Shown in pieces: positions 21,292 to 33,071 of a DNA stretch of 64,000 nucleotides. The translations under genes and the position numbers were made by a program. A model generated the notes under the pieces. The model saw only the letters and a list, made by a program, of their open reading frames with translations, did not search any database and had not been told where the DNA came from. Positions within the stretch are counted from its first letter, which is position 1. Each line of letters begins with the position of its first letter. Source of the stretch: a virus. Its lineage: Duplodnaviria; Caudoviricetes. The stretch is taken from IMG/VR virus record IMGVR_UViG_3300021400_000126, positions 1 through 64,000 of that record; one strand, given 5' to 3'.

Positions 21292-22350
21292 TTAAACAGA
21301 TTGTTGAGGTGCTGTTACATCAGTGGTAAGAGAAGCGTTCTTATAAACACAAATACCAGGATTAAGAATGTAACTTGCTACACCAAATTTTTGATAAGTC
21401 TGAATTTCTGTAGACCAATCTCTATTATCAAAAGATTTTACCTGTGCAGAACCTTCAAAAGCAACTTTAATAGGTTTTTCAGCACCAGTAGGAATAATCC
21501 ATGCATAAGACGGGTCAATTACTTTTTTACTATTTGTTGTATCTGTGAAAGATTGCGGAAGAATAATTACTTGATGTCCTTTATAGGTTGTAAAATAACC
21601 ATTATTCCAAATTTGTTCTTTCATTCCATCAGACCAAGTTGCACTATTTGCCGGAATCATTTTTGCTGCAAATTCAAAAGTACAATAAATAGTAGCTTTT
21701 CCATAAGCATCTGCAGTTTGAAGTAATTGATCCATTGCATTTTCATTAAATCCACTTTGAACGGTCTTATTATAAGCAGGAATATCACCAATAGAAGCAA
21801 CAAGAGCCTTTGCAATCTCTCTATAAACAGCTTCATCCATTCCTTCAAGAACTATACTATAATAGTCATTCATTGTCATACGACCATCAAGCAATTCTTC
21901 CCATTCAATTCTGGAAGCTCCGCCGTAAGCTCCTGTCGGAACTTCAATGGTTCTTCCATCAAGCTTGAATACTTCATATCTACCTGCTAAACCAACTCTT
22001 GTTACGAATTGCTTAGCACGAGCCTTTGAAGCTTCACTAATTCTAATTTTATATACGGGTTTAACTCCCTGAGCAAAAGTACGAACATCCGCAAATTGTC
22101 CATAAGACTGAAGAACTTTCTGAGGAATAACTTCTGTTAAACCTACTTCCATAAGAGTATAAATAAGATTTTTATTTTCTCTAAAAAGTTGCGGTGTTGC
22201 TCCTAATTCATTTAATTCTTTAATATAAGTTTTATTTAAAGCATCTGCTGAAAGGCTTTCTCCACCAAAAGAATAAGCAGCGGAAGGATTTAAGGAAGCC
22301 CTAGCATTTGCCCTAGCTAATTCAATAAGCTGATCTCTATTTAATGCCAT
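21292..22350 (-). CDS. major capsid protein
   Basis: 352 aa, AAGGAGG RBS, follows protease/scaffold and decoration genes, terminator downstream; no TAG. Confidence 0.8.
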   Translation of the reverse strand: MALNRDQLIELARANARASLNPSAAYSFGGESLSADALNKTYIKELNELGATPQLFRENKNLIYTLMEVGLTEVIPQKVLQSYGQFADVRTFAQGVKPVYKIRISEASKARAKQFVTRVGLAGRYEVFKLDGRTIEVPTGAYGGASRIEWEELLDGRMTMNDYYSIVLEGMDEAVYREIAKALVASIGDIPAYNKTVQSGFNENAMDQLLQTADAYGKATIYCTFEFAAKMIPANSATWSDGMKEQIWNNGYFTTYKGHQVIILPQSFTDTTNSKKVIDPSYAWIIPTGAEKPIKVAFEGSAQVKSFDNRDWSTEIQTYQKFGVASYILNPGICVYKNASLTTDVTAPQQSV

Positions 22351-22366
22351 TTCTTTCTCCTCCTTG

Positions 22367-22942
22367 TCACTGAACTCTTTGAATCTTTACACCATCAGAT
22401 TTTGCATCGGGCATAGTAGTAAGTGCTACAACCTTCCATACCATACCAGTTGAAGGCATTGTTGTTGCAGCTGAGCCACCAGATTGTGCAACCTCAAGAA
22501 AACCTGTTGTACCAACTTGTAAATAATTTCCTTTTGAAATAGCAACACCTTTAGTTTCTGCGGTATTAGATGTATTAGCTTCAAATGTATTTGTTGTAAT
22601 AATATCACCAACGTTAGTTTTAATTAAACGTGGATACATTTTCTTATCAAAAAAGTCTTCTGCTTTATAAACAAAATCCTTATGACTTTGAAGTCTCTCA
22701 TCATAAAGTTTTTCTTCATTATAAACAAGCATAAATTCTCCATCGCCTGTGAAATTTACTTCGCCAGCCGCATAATCATATTTTGCAAACTGTCCTTGCT
22801 CTAATTGAGTAATTGAGTCTGCAGATCCAACATCTGCTGTTTTAACATGTGCCGGTAATTGTGCGTAAATCTGACCAGTAACAATACCAGAAAGGTGGTT
22901 AGGCTCAACTTGTCCATATCCTTTTCTTTTAATTGTTGCCAT
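22367..22942 (-). CDS. putative capsid decoration/structural protein
   Basis: GYGQVEPNHLS...GQIYAQLP; lies between scaffold and capsid genes. Confidence 0.65.
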   Translation of the reverse strand: MATIKRKGYGQVEPNHLSGIVTGQIYAQLPAHVKTADVGSADSITQLEQGQFAKYDYAAGEVNFTGDGEFMLVYNEEKLYDERLQSHKDFVYKAEDFFDKKMYPRLIKTNVGDIITTNTFEANTSNTAETKGVAISKGNYLQVGTTGFLEVAQSGGSAATTMPSTGMVWKVVALTTMPDAKSDGVKIQRVQ

Positions 22943-22968
22943 AATTTAGCGTCCTCCTAATAAAAATA

Positions 22969-24309
22969 TTAACCAAGTTTCTCTTGTTCTTTAACAGCTC
23001 TTACCCATTCTGGTAAATTACTGTCTTTATCATTATTTAAATTATAAGTTATAATCTCTTCTTCTTTCTTTTCCTATTCATTCATAGAAAAATTAATTTT
23101 CTTATCAAAACAAATAACAGAAAGTTTTGCTTTGATTTCCTCTAAAGTATAATTTTCCTTATTCTGAATAATTTCTGCCTTATCTTCTTCAGGCAACATA
23201 TAAAATTCAGCAATAAGAGCGTCTTTTTTCTGATTATCAATTTCTTTTTTGAAATTTACAAGTTCTTGATATTGTTCTTGAAGCTTACTGTAACTTTCTT
23301 TTAAAGTATTAAGTTCATTTTCAATTGCAGTATATCTCTTCTTTTTTTCATCATCCTTGTCATCTTCAGAGCCTTCTTCTGTAGACTCATTCTACTTATC
23401 TTTTTCGTCTGTAGAATCGGATTCAGAAGCAGAACCGCCTTCTTCTGAAGTTTTTTCTTTCTCTTCTTCTTCATCCTTTTTAACATAATCAGAAGACGCA
23501 AGAGTATCATCTATATTATCGTTATTTTCTGTGGTCACTTCTTCTGTTTTTGTAAACTCTGTAGTAACTTCTTCTTCAGAAATAACAGTATTTTCAAGAT
23601 TATCCATCTAGTGTCCTCCCCTATTTAAGACGTTTTTTAAATCTTGTAACATACTATATAAAGTATGTTTAAATTTATCGTCTAAGGTAAAATTCGTACT
23701 TACATTAGGAGAAGTAATAGAAGCCCCCTAAAAACAAGGTTCAACATCCTATCCTAATATACAAATTTTTTGAATAACTGCATCATTTATAATAAAGAAA
23801 TCTAAATTGTTATCAAAACTAGTTTCCCAATGTCCCTTTACAGAATCTTTTTCAAGTTCCATAGATTGCGGACGACCTTCTTCCACAGGTAAGCTGGATT
23901 CTGGGAATTGAGAAGTCCAAAGGTATCCTGTTGTCATAAGATATTTATGAACAACTTTATTACCCATGCTATCACTATCTTCAAAATTTTGAAACCAAAC
24001 ATCTGCATCGGGAGACACAAAACCATAAGGAACTGTTTGACATTCAAATTTTATTCCTTCATCATCAATAATAACCTTTTCTCCATGATCAGTAAAATCT
24101 TCTTTACTATCTCTATAATATCCAACTATTGGAGCCCCTCTAAGGGTTTTTCCAATTTCAGCTGCAACCTTTTCATCAATGAAAGTCTGATTTCTATTGG
24201 CTCCAACATATAAAACTTTAATTTCACATTTTGACATTAAAGGATTAATATCGAGAGGTTGAAGATTTAAAAACTCAGGAGAATCTATTGTTGCAACCGA
24301 TTGGTGCAT
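22969..24309 (-). CDS. putative prohead protease-scaffold protein, 446 aa with five in-frame TAG
   Basis: One frame ATG 24309 to TAA 22969; NRN..I, PIVG, TVPYGFV, TTGYLW, PQSMEL, CILG*DVEPCF*GAS, then acidic coiled-coil region. Confidence 0.8.
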
Positions 24310-24387
24310 AATAAAAAACCCCTTTCATCCTTTTCATATATATTATAAAAATTAAGCTAATATTTTAACAAGTTTTGTCCAAAAATT

Positions 24388-25977
24388 TTAATTCATAGAC
24401 TACTTATTTTGAATAGTTTTAGTTGATTTTTCATCATCCTCTTTTTCAGGTCTTCCCGCACCACTTTCTGAACCCTAAACTTCTTTATTTCTATTAAGAA
24501 CATCCGCATTCATGGTACTAGACATCAACGGAGGAATAAATACATTAACTAAATCAAGAATATCATTTTCAAAGTATGCAGTAGCTAATATTGAACTTTG
24601 AGATTGTCCAAGAGCAATTTGTGGTAACATTTTTGAATAACCTAATTGAGTATGCTCTTTATATTGTTTAGCTAAATCTTTATAATTATAAATGGTTGTT
24701 GGAAGAATTTGTGCTCTATAAGTAACCTTTTTTGGATTTTTATTATAAGGTATTAATAAAGTATTTAAAAATGTTTCAAATTGTTGAATTAAATTCCACA
24801 TTGAGGCCTCATCATTTAAAATAGATTTCTCAAGAGCAATATTTCCATCTGTATTAAATTGCATTTGAGAAATACCAGCCTCATTATAAACAGACCTTTC
24901 AACCTTCTCTAAATCATCTTTTGTTGTTGTAGTGCGGTTATCTGATGTATTTGCAACTTCAACGTCTGCAAAAGTAGTTAATACATCAATCCCAATAGCC
25001 TTAGATAGCATCTGCACCGCATTATTATGAAGCTGTTGTGCTTCATCAACATCAAAAACTAAATCACCATTTTTATCTATAGGTAATTTTTGAATAATAA
25101 TTTTTAATAATTGCTGTTGCATTTTTCTTCTATCTAAATCTTGAGCTTCATCTAAATCAATAATTGCAGGGACAACCGCAATAAGGGGCGGAAAATCCTC
25201 CCCATTTAAATTAAACTTTATTACAGACCCAATTTCAAGTAAATACCAACCAGAATCGTCTCCAGGAAAATCTGGTTTTAATTTATTTTGCCTATATAAT
25301 TTATAACCTTTTTCAAACTCTGAAGGGAAAACTTTTAACATTTTCATTTTTTGCTAAACGTCTGTAAACATATCGTCAAAATATTTCATATTAAATTCGA
25401 CTGCGGGTTGACCATTAACTGTAAAACGCACTCTACAATATCTTGGCGGCAATTCTTGAACTACTATACGATTCTATTTTGCGATTAAATATCCATAATA
25501 GCATCCATTTTTAACAACTTTTAAAGCAACATCTCCAAAAAATTTTTTTACCTAAAAGTTATCTAAATATGTTAAAATTTTATAAAAACCCTCAAGTAAT
25601 TTATCAGGCTTCATATTTTTTGAATAATGTGGTGTGATAAGCCAATCATATCTATACATATAAGCTAAATATCTACAAAGTCTTTGATAAATACCACTAA
25701 CTTTATAAAAATAATTTGAAATACTTCTCATCTTTTCAAAGTTTCCATAATGTATAGCTCTTAACACCTATTCTCTTTTGGCTAAACTAGGATTTACTTT
25801 TTGAAAATCTCCTAATTTAAAAATTGCATCAGAAACTGTTTTTATTCCAACTCTAATTTTAGAAAAATCTGTTGAAACATATTCTTCTTCCATCGTATTC
25901 TAATTTAAATTTTGGTAATCTTCAGTTCCAATCATATTAAAGCCTTTTTTCTTAATCTAAGCCATTCGATTTATCAA
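24388..25977 (-). CDS. portal protein, about 529 aa with in-frame TAG
   Basis: GAGGT RBS and TTG 25977; single frame to TAA 24388 joining track ORFs 25552..25767 and 24475..25347; lies between terminase and protease. Confidence 0.78.
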
Positions 25978-25996
25978 CTTTAGATACCTCTCATTC

Positions 25997-26353
25997 TTAA
26001 TAACCCGCCGCCCTTAAAATATAGTCATAATCCATTCTAGCTTCATCCCAATAGGGAATAATTACTAGAGTGATTCCATGATTTTGGCAATATTCTCTTT
26101 TTTTCATATCATAAAATTGTTGTTTTCTTAATCCACTATATCCACCAAATTTACTTTTTGCTTCATAATGTTGAATTCCTTGAAACTATATTAAAAAATC
26201 AATATTGTGCTAATCATCAAAAACCGCAAAATCAAATCTTAAAGGGCGACCTGTGTTACTTACTAAATCTGGAAAAGAGTACTCTTCTACGAACTCTAAG
26301 CCAGATTGTTGTAAAATCTCCTCTATTTTTATTTCTCCTCTTGAAGCTCGCAT
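25997..26353 (-). CDS. Vsr/DUF559-like PD-(D/E)XK nuclease (two in-frame TAG; absent from ORF track)
   Basis: GGAGG RBS; SRGE..I, PLRFDFAV, LI*FQGIQHY, D..KREYC, IIPYW. Confidence 0.8.
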
Positions 26354-26416
26354 ATTTTTCCTCCCCTCACTATTATTATATAAAAAATTTATTTATAACT
26401 TTAATAAACTTTGTCC

Positions 26417-28153
26417 TCAGTTTTGTGTAAAAAATAAAAAATCAGCAATATTTCTTTTTTTCTTTTTCTTATTTATCTCTTCCTAATATCGTATATAATA
26501 TAATCCATATATAAAAGCTGAAAACTTATCTTTTTTAATACTTCTATTGCTTTGTTTTAAAATAATATTAACTCCTTCATTCTATTCAACTAGATTTAAC
26601 ATTTGTTCTTTTAAAATAGAAGTTAAAATAAAAGGTCTTAAATATTCATTTCTTTTATCAATATTCATATTTTGACCTTGTCTAGTTGACATTAATTTTG
26701 TTTTTGCTAAACTTTCATCAATTAAAAATCTAATTTTACCACTAAACATTTGCGTTTGAGCATAACTATAAGCCTATGTATTTATAGGTGCATTCGCCTT
26801 AATTAAAAACAAAACATCTTTTTCAGTTTCAGGTGTAACATATTTTTTATATTCAGGATACTAATCTGTGTTAAATACTCCAAAAGGTGGTAAAAATTCT
26901 CCATCATCGGTATCTTGCGGTTTAACTAAATAATCAATTAGACCCACGCCCAATCCATTCGCATCAATAGCAATCCTACGTGGTTTATATTTATAATATA
27001 GTCGTTTTATATGAATACATTGGTCTTCAAAATGCTAACTTGCGTATGTATAGATATTAACTAATGTCTTTTGTGCGGCCCCTTGAACTTGCGGCGTTAC
27101 TTTAAATACACAAATCTCGGTTGTACATCCAACTCTACCAACGTCAATGCCAAGAACATAATATGCATTTTTTGCCGACCTTCCGCTATATTCATACTCA
27201 GGTTGCAATAAAACTCTATATTTATCAAATCTTTCAGATGAGAAAAAGGCATTTTCTACATCTCCAGACCAAATACTTCTATACTATCTATTAAAAGACT
27301 AATCATTAAAAGTTCCTTGTAACCTTAATTGCTCTACAAAATCTTCATCCAATAGACCAGAAATAACGGGTGTCTAATAAGTTCCTCCCATTATCATATA
27401 TTCATTTGGATCAAGAATAGAATTTATTAAAAGCTATATTAATTTATGATAAGCAAAAGAATTTTTCCAACCCGCCGTAGTTATATAAATCTGACTTTTA
27501 TTTACATTTTCTTCTTTATGTCTGCTTCCATCAGATAATCTTCTATCTACGTTTGTGGTAGGAATAATTACTTCATTTAAAATATCTCCATCAATTAAGA
27601 CACACTCTTCCATTAAACCACCTGTACGTCTTTGACCTCTTGATGATTGCCTTGCCGCAAGAATGTCAATAGTTGATCCATTTTTAAAAACATATTTTAC
27701 ATTATCTTTTGATTTAGTAGAAACCCCTCTATCCCAATTAATCTAATTCTTTAACCCAGGAATTAATTTACATATTTCTTCAATTTTTGCAATAGTTATA
27801 CTCGCAGCTTGTTCTTTTCCGCCAGTAGTTACAAATAAATGTGAATTAGGATATAAGATGCATCTAATCATTAATGCCATCATAGAAAGAAAGGATTTAG
27901 AATAAGCACGCGGGAATGTGGCATATACATATCTATGCCGCATCACAATTCTAAGAAAGACTCTTTGATAAAATAAAAAATTAAATGTACTATCTTTTCC
28001 TTTTATAAAATCAACAAAAATATCTGGATACTAACGAAAATAAGCAATAATGTTTCTTAATTTAGATAAATTTTCTGTTAATCTTTCTTCAGATAATCCC
28101 TGTTTTTTATAATCTCTTTCGGAAGATAATTGCAATAACTATTTTAAATTCAT
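26417..28153 (-). CDS. terL: terminase large subunit, 578 aa with about 12 in-frame TAG
   Basis: FYQR, Walker A-like FPRAYSKSF, RGQRRTGGLMEEC, ITTAG, GIDVGR, IDANGLG, KKDKFSAF. Confidence 0.88.
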
Positions 28154-29475
28154 GATCGCTTCACCTTCCTACTTTTATATTCTTGTTCAATTTTTTCATC
28201 ATTTAATTCTTTATCATGTTTTTTCATTTCTTCTAAAGATTCCTTATATTTACTAAAATCTTCGTCTTTTAATTCTACATTATCTAGCCCTTTTTCTTTA
28301 GCTTCTTTTTTGTCTTTTTTCATTTCATCCGAAATTCGTTTATCTTGTAAATATTTTTCAATCTATTGAGCTAAAGATTTATCTTCATAAATTAAATTTT
28401 TAGTATATGTTTTTAAATCTAAAATAATTTGATCAACTATATCTTGAGGTTCATCACATTTATAACGAGGAATTTCTCCAGTATTAGCTTCAACAAAATC
28501 CACAATAGCAGAAGCAGAATCAATATGGTCTCCATCTTTATCTTTATTTTGGGCCTAAGTGAATTTTGCAGATTTCATCATTGAGTCATAAACTCGTGAT
28601 AATTTTTGATAAGAATCAATATCTCCGCAATCAATAGCCTCATTCATTTTTAAAGATGTCTTACAAATCATTTTTAAAGTATCAATTCTTGCCGCACCTT
28701 GAATATCAAAAGAATCCATAAACTCATTATACAGCTGTTCTAATGCAACCCACTGACTAGGTCGATATAACCTTCCCCACTTCATAGCTAAATACATTTT
28801 ATCCTATTTGTCTAAATTAGCACCAACATCAATCATCTATTCTTCTGGTATAAAATTTTGCTACTGAAAAGGATTTAAATTATTAGTATAAGCTGGCGGT
28901 AAATTAGATTGTTTTTTAGTAAGATGCTAACCTGTTATATTGTTACCCCAATGTGTCAACTATTTGTTTTGAGTTTCTGTTGTAACTAAAGTTTGATACT
29001 AAGCTAATGAAATTCTACCTTCATCTAATTTTTCTTTTAATTCTTTTTCATATTTTTCTTTTTCTTCTTGTTGAAATCTTTCTTTTTCTTGTTCTTCCGC
29101 TTCTATCTTTGCTTGAATTTCTTCAGAGTCTTTATAGCTATATTTATTCCATTGTTTTAATTTCATTTTGGCAAGATACTTACCTACAACAGACATTCCA
29201 TTCATTTTATAAGGATCTTTTGCAAAAGCCTTATCTCTTATTACATTCCATTCAGTGGGAATATATGGAACATCCATTTTCTCAAGAATCCATACAAAAG
29301 TAGATGGATCAAAATTATCTATATGTGCGGTTAAACATGGTTTACAATATTCACACTTACTACCATCTTTGTAAGTATAAAAATTTATTTGATTAATTAC
29401 TTTACCGCATCTTTTACATCTACATTTACCATTTGAATCCTATAATTGTCCTTTTATTTTTTTTTCTTCTGCCAT
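28150..29475 (-). CDS. zinc-finger protein upstream of terL (candidate terminase small subunit), 441 aa with in-frame TAG
   Basis: GGGGAG RBS, ATG 29475; CKRC...CKPC; YLAMKWG; TGA overlaps the terL ATG. Confidence 0.7.
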
Positions 29476-29493
29476 AAAACTCCCCATTTCTTA

Positions 29494-30603
29494 TTATTTT
29501 TTCTTTTTATTTCTACACTCCTTACACATACTATACCAACCATCTTTTGCAGTTTTATTTTTAGTAAAAAAATAAGGGTGTGCCAATTTTATTTTATGAC
29601 AACGAGAACATCTTTTCCATTTCCCTTTTTCTTCAAAGGTATAATGCCAAATTATCCATCTCTCTTTTGCCTTTTCCGCAATTATTTTTGGAATTTTTTT
29701 ACGCCAAACCGCAGATAAATATTCAATAGAATAAGTCACATCATAATCTTGTTTTAATTTCTAAGCAATATGTTTATTCTGCATACCGTCTATTTTATAT
29801 ATCATAATATCATATAAAATAGGATAATCCTATTTTAAAGCAATATCAATAAGTTCTTCTAAATCTTGCATTAAATACCATAAATCACTATCAAAATATC
29901 CCCAACACTATTCTTTAATTTTTGAATAATTACACAATAGAGAACAAACATGAACAGGATTAAATAAAGATATTAATCCATTACTTATTGGCTCTCCTTT
30001 TTCATTTATTGTAATTTTTTCTCTTAAATCTAATTGATTAATAGTTTTAGTAATTTTTGTAGTATTAATAGGCGGTTTATAAGCATTTTTTAATACATAT
30101 TGGTCTTGCCGCATCTAAATTAATTGTTTAGTTAATAAAAACTTTTGTTTTCCTTTAGCTTTTTTTTGTTTTTCTTCTGTTTTCTTTATCTACTATCTTA
30201 ATTCTTTTAAACCTGGAATAGTTTCAAGATCATCTTTAGTAATTTGTATTTTTGGCACCAATAATATATTTTTATCCCCATTGGTCATGAAATTATAAAT
30301 TCCATCTTCTCCATTTTCTAATTTTTCAATAAAACCTTCATAAGAAGTTTCTCTTTTATTAATAGTTACCATTCTATTGTCTGTTAAAATTTTTTTCTAT
30401 TTTTTATCTTTTGGAGTTTCAGTTAAATATTTAGTAAGCTATTCTAAATAATAAGGAGTTAATCTCTATGGAAGAACGTTGTCTACAATTTCATGCACTA
30501 TTTTATTACGTTCTTTTAAATCTGTGATAGTATAATCTAATTTTGGATAAGGGCGTTTATTTTTCTATGCAATTGTCTAATTATTTTTTTCTAATTGCCC
30601 CAT
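29494..30603 (-). CDS. conserved phage protein with C-terminal HTH-like and CxxC..CxxC regions (possible transcription regulator), in-frame TAG
   Basis: AAGGAG RBS, ATG 30603, single frame to TAA 29494; sigma-A-like promoter on the - strand at about 30636-30664. Confidence 0.7.
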
Positions 30604-31092
30604 TTAAAACTCCTTTCTACTAATCTTATGTTAATATTATAACAAAAAAATTTATTTTTGTCAATTCCAATCAAAAGATTTTTATTGATTTTTGGAAAAA
30701 AATATAATATAATATTTATATATAAAAAAGGAGAAAAATAAATGTTAAATATTATTATTAATATCGTATGTTTTATGCTTGGAGGCTCAATCGGAGTTTT
30801 AACTGGTGCTTTTATGGCTGCTGTGGGGACTAAAAATAAAGAATTTGAACAATATTGTCAAGGTTTTTCAGAAGGATATAGAAAGAAGGCAAAGTAGGTA
30901 AATGAAAATAACAATAGAATAGATAAATGAAATAATAATTAATTGTACAAAAATTTTAAATATATGTACTGAATATAAGAATCTTATAAAATCAAATAAT
31001 TGTAATTTTTGTTATAATAAATTTTGCGACTGGAAACCAAAAGATGGTAATTTAAGATATAATTGCCCTCATTTTGATGGAGAGGAGTATTA

Positions 31093-31539
31093 ATGAAAAT
31101 TGCTGCAACAGGACATAGACCTGCTCGTCTTAAAAGAGAAGAAAAATTTATTAAAGAATGGATTAATGGAATTTTTACTCAGTATGACTGCACAGCCGCA
31201 ATTTCAGGGATGGCGCAAGGTGTTGATCAACTTTTTGCACGTGCGGCAGTTGAAAATAAAATACCTTTAATTTGTTGTTATCCATATAAAAGAAATCTCC
31301 ATCCAATAGAACAAGAAATAATAAATCAAGCACAAGATGTTGATGTTAGATTTTTACATCAAAAATATATTGGTAATAAAGTTTATTGGATAAGAGATAA
31401 ATATATGGTAGATAATTGTGATTTACTTTTAGCGGTTTGGGATGGAATAAAAGCAGGCGGCACATGGTTAACTGTTAATTATGCTCAAAAAATTGGAAAA
31501 CCAATTATTTATTATAATTTTAAGGAGGATAAAAGATGA
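31093..31539 (+). CDS. YspA/SLOG-family nucleotide-binding protein
   Basis: ATGHRP, ISGMAQGVD, RDKYMVD, AVWDG..GGT..TV.YA. Confidence 0.85.
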   Translation: MKIAATGHRPARLKREEKFIKEWINGIFTQYDCTAAISGMAQGVDQLFARAAVENKIPLICCYPYKRNLHPIEQEIINQAQDVDVRFLHQKYIGNKVYWIRDKYMVDNCDLLLAVWDGIKAGGTWLTVNYAQKIGKPIIYYNFKEDKR

Positions 31540-31911
31540 AACATTGTTCATCTTGTCAAAATTGTAAACCAGATCCGCTATTACTTAAAGAAGGTATTAT
31601 TAGATATACTTGTCTTGAATTTGGATATTTAATTTCTCATCCTTGGTTTGGCGGATTGGATTGTATTAGATATAAAAAAAATAAAATTTGGAAAAATAAT
31701 AATTTTTCTAAAGATTGGATAGGCAATAAAATTAAATATAAATAATTTTTTATTCAAATAAGGAGAATAAAATGCAAATAATTATTTATCCAAACCGCAT
31801 CGAAGGAAATATTGATAATTTAACAAAAGAAGAGGAAATTACTTTAGAACATTTATTAGACATATTTGCTGCAATAAGGCAACAAATTCTTTTAAGAAAG
31901 GGTTTATATAA

Positions 31912-32409
31912 ATGAGATTAATTGATGCTGATGCATTATTAGTACATGAAAGATTTGAGCCAGTGGGCAGTGACCAATATGAGTGTGTAGGATTTGTTTA
32001 TATGGATGATATAAAAAATGCACCTACTATTGAGCTAAATGAGAGTGAAATTAAGAAAAAAGCTGAAAATGAGGTGTGGAATTTTGTTAGTAAATTCATG
32101 TGGTCACTTGAAGATAAAGAGATTCTTGGAATGGGTATTACTCATGCGGTTCGTGACATGACCTATCAAGAGGCAAAAGCTAAGTATGAAGCGTGGAAAA
32201 CTGAGATGTCTAAAATTCGTGTTGGGGATGAAGTAATTCTAAAGGATGGAAATTTCAAATATATAGTGATAGGATTTCATTTTAACACTGCTTATTTGTT
32301 AGCTTCAGATGGTAGTGTTAGTAAGTTTCCAGTGAACAAGCTGAGAAAACTTAACAGGCATTTTAATGAAATGGAAGAGTTGTTGAAGAAAATAAAGGAG
32401 AAACAATGA
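31912..32409 (+). CDS. hypothetical protein (MRLIDAD start; paralog of 32406, 55372, 57211)
   Basis: Shared EVW.F...YQEAKAKYE.W...IRVGDEV block. Confidence 0.7.
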   Translation: MRLIDADALLVHERFEPVGSDQYECVGFVYMDDIKNAPTIELNESEIKKKAENEVWNFVSKFMWSLEDKEILGMGITHAVRDMTYQEAKAKYEAWKTEMSKIRVGDEVILKDGNFKYIVIGFHFNTAYLLASDGSVSKFPVNKLRKLNRHFNEMEELLKKIKEKQ

Positions 32410-32867
32410 AATATATAATTGAAATACCTGATGAGCAAGGACAGGTATATAATATTACCCCTTATAATTGTGAAGATAATGCTGTATGGATGAATGGCTA
32501 TAAAAAAGGTTTGGAGGCAGGAAGAGATGATGCATGGAATTTTGCAAAAAAACTTCTTAATTATACAAATAAAGATTGGGAAGACTTAATGAATTTACTT
32601 CTTATTGGTAATTGTTCATACCAAGAGGCAAAAGATATGTATGAAGAATGGGAAAGAGAAAAGAATGAAATTCAGATAGGCGATGAAGTAAAAGATAAAG
32701 ATTTAGGAGATAAAGGTATTGTAACTTGTATTTTAGCTACCCGATGTGATATATTATGGTTTGATGGCAGTGTAAGTGAAGAAGTTCCAATGAGTGACTT
32801 ATGTAAAACAGGAAAACATTTTTCTGAAGTTGAAGATTTTTTGAAAAAGATAAAAGAGGGGTTATAA
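32406..32867 (+). CDS. hypothetical protein, same paralog family
   Basis: AWNFA...YQEAKDMYEEW...IQIGDEV...KTGKHF. Confidence 0.7.
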   Translation: MKYIIEIPDEQGQVYNITPYNCEDNAVWMNGYKKGLEAGRDDAWNFAKKLLNYTNKDWEDLMNLLLIGNCSYQEAKDMYEEWEREKNEIQIGDEVKDKDLGDKGIVTCILATRCDILWFDGSVSEEVPMSDLCKTGKHFSEVEDFLKKIKEGL

Positions 32868-33071
32868 TGGAAACAGCCACACAATATTTTATTAGACAAA
32901 TGAAATAGCAACTTTCTATGTGGAGAAAAGCTCCAAAAGAAGTTCTAGATAAAGATATATTAGATAAAATGTGTAAGACGCATATAGATGGGTCGCTAAT
33001 GAGTGCGGCATATTCACTTGCATTAATAGCAGATTCATTAGTGAAAATTTTAGAACAATAGGAAAATCAAA

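Noticed and set aside
15156-30603. Virion genes as pseudogenes of a decayed prophage
   Set aside because: All breaks are TAG, with no frameshifts or TAA/TGA breaks seen, and read-through restores RBS-led, coupled, full-length genes.
15156-30603. TAGs as G-to-T sequencing or oxidation artefacts
   Set aside because: Such errors would also turn the much commoner GAA into TAA and GGA into TGA, and none were seen in frame. The early region is also unaffected. Raw reads would settle it.
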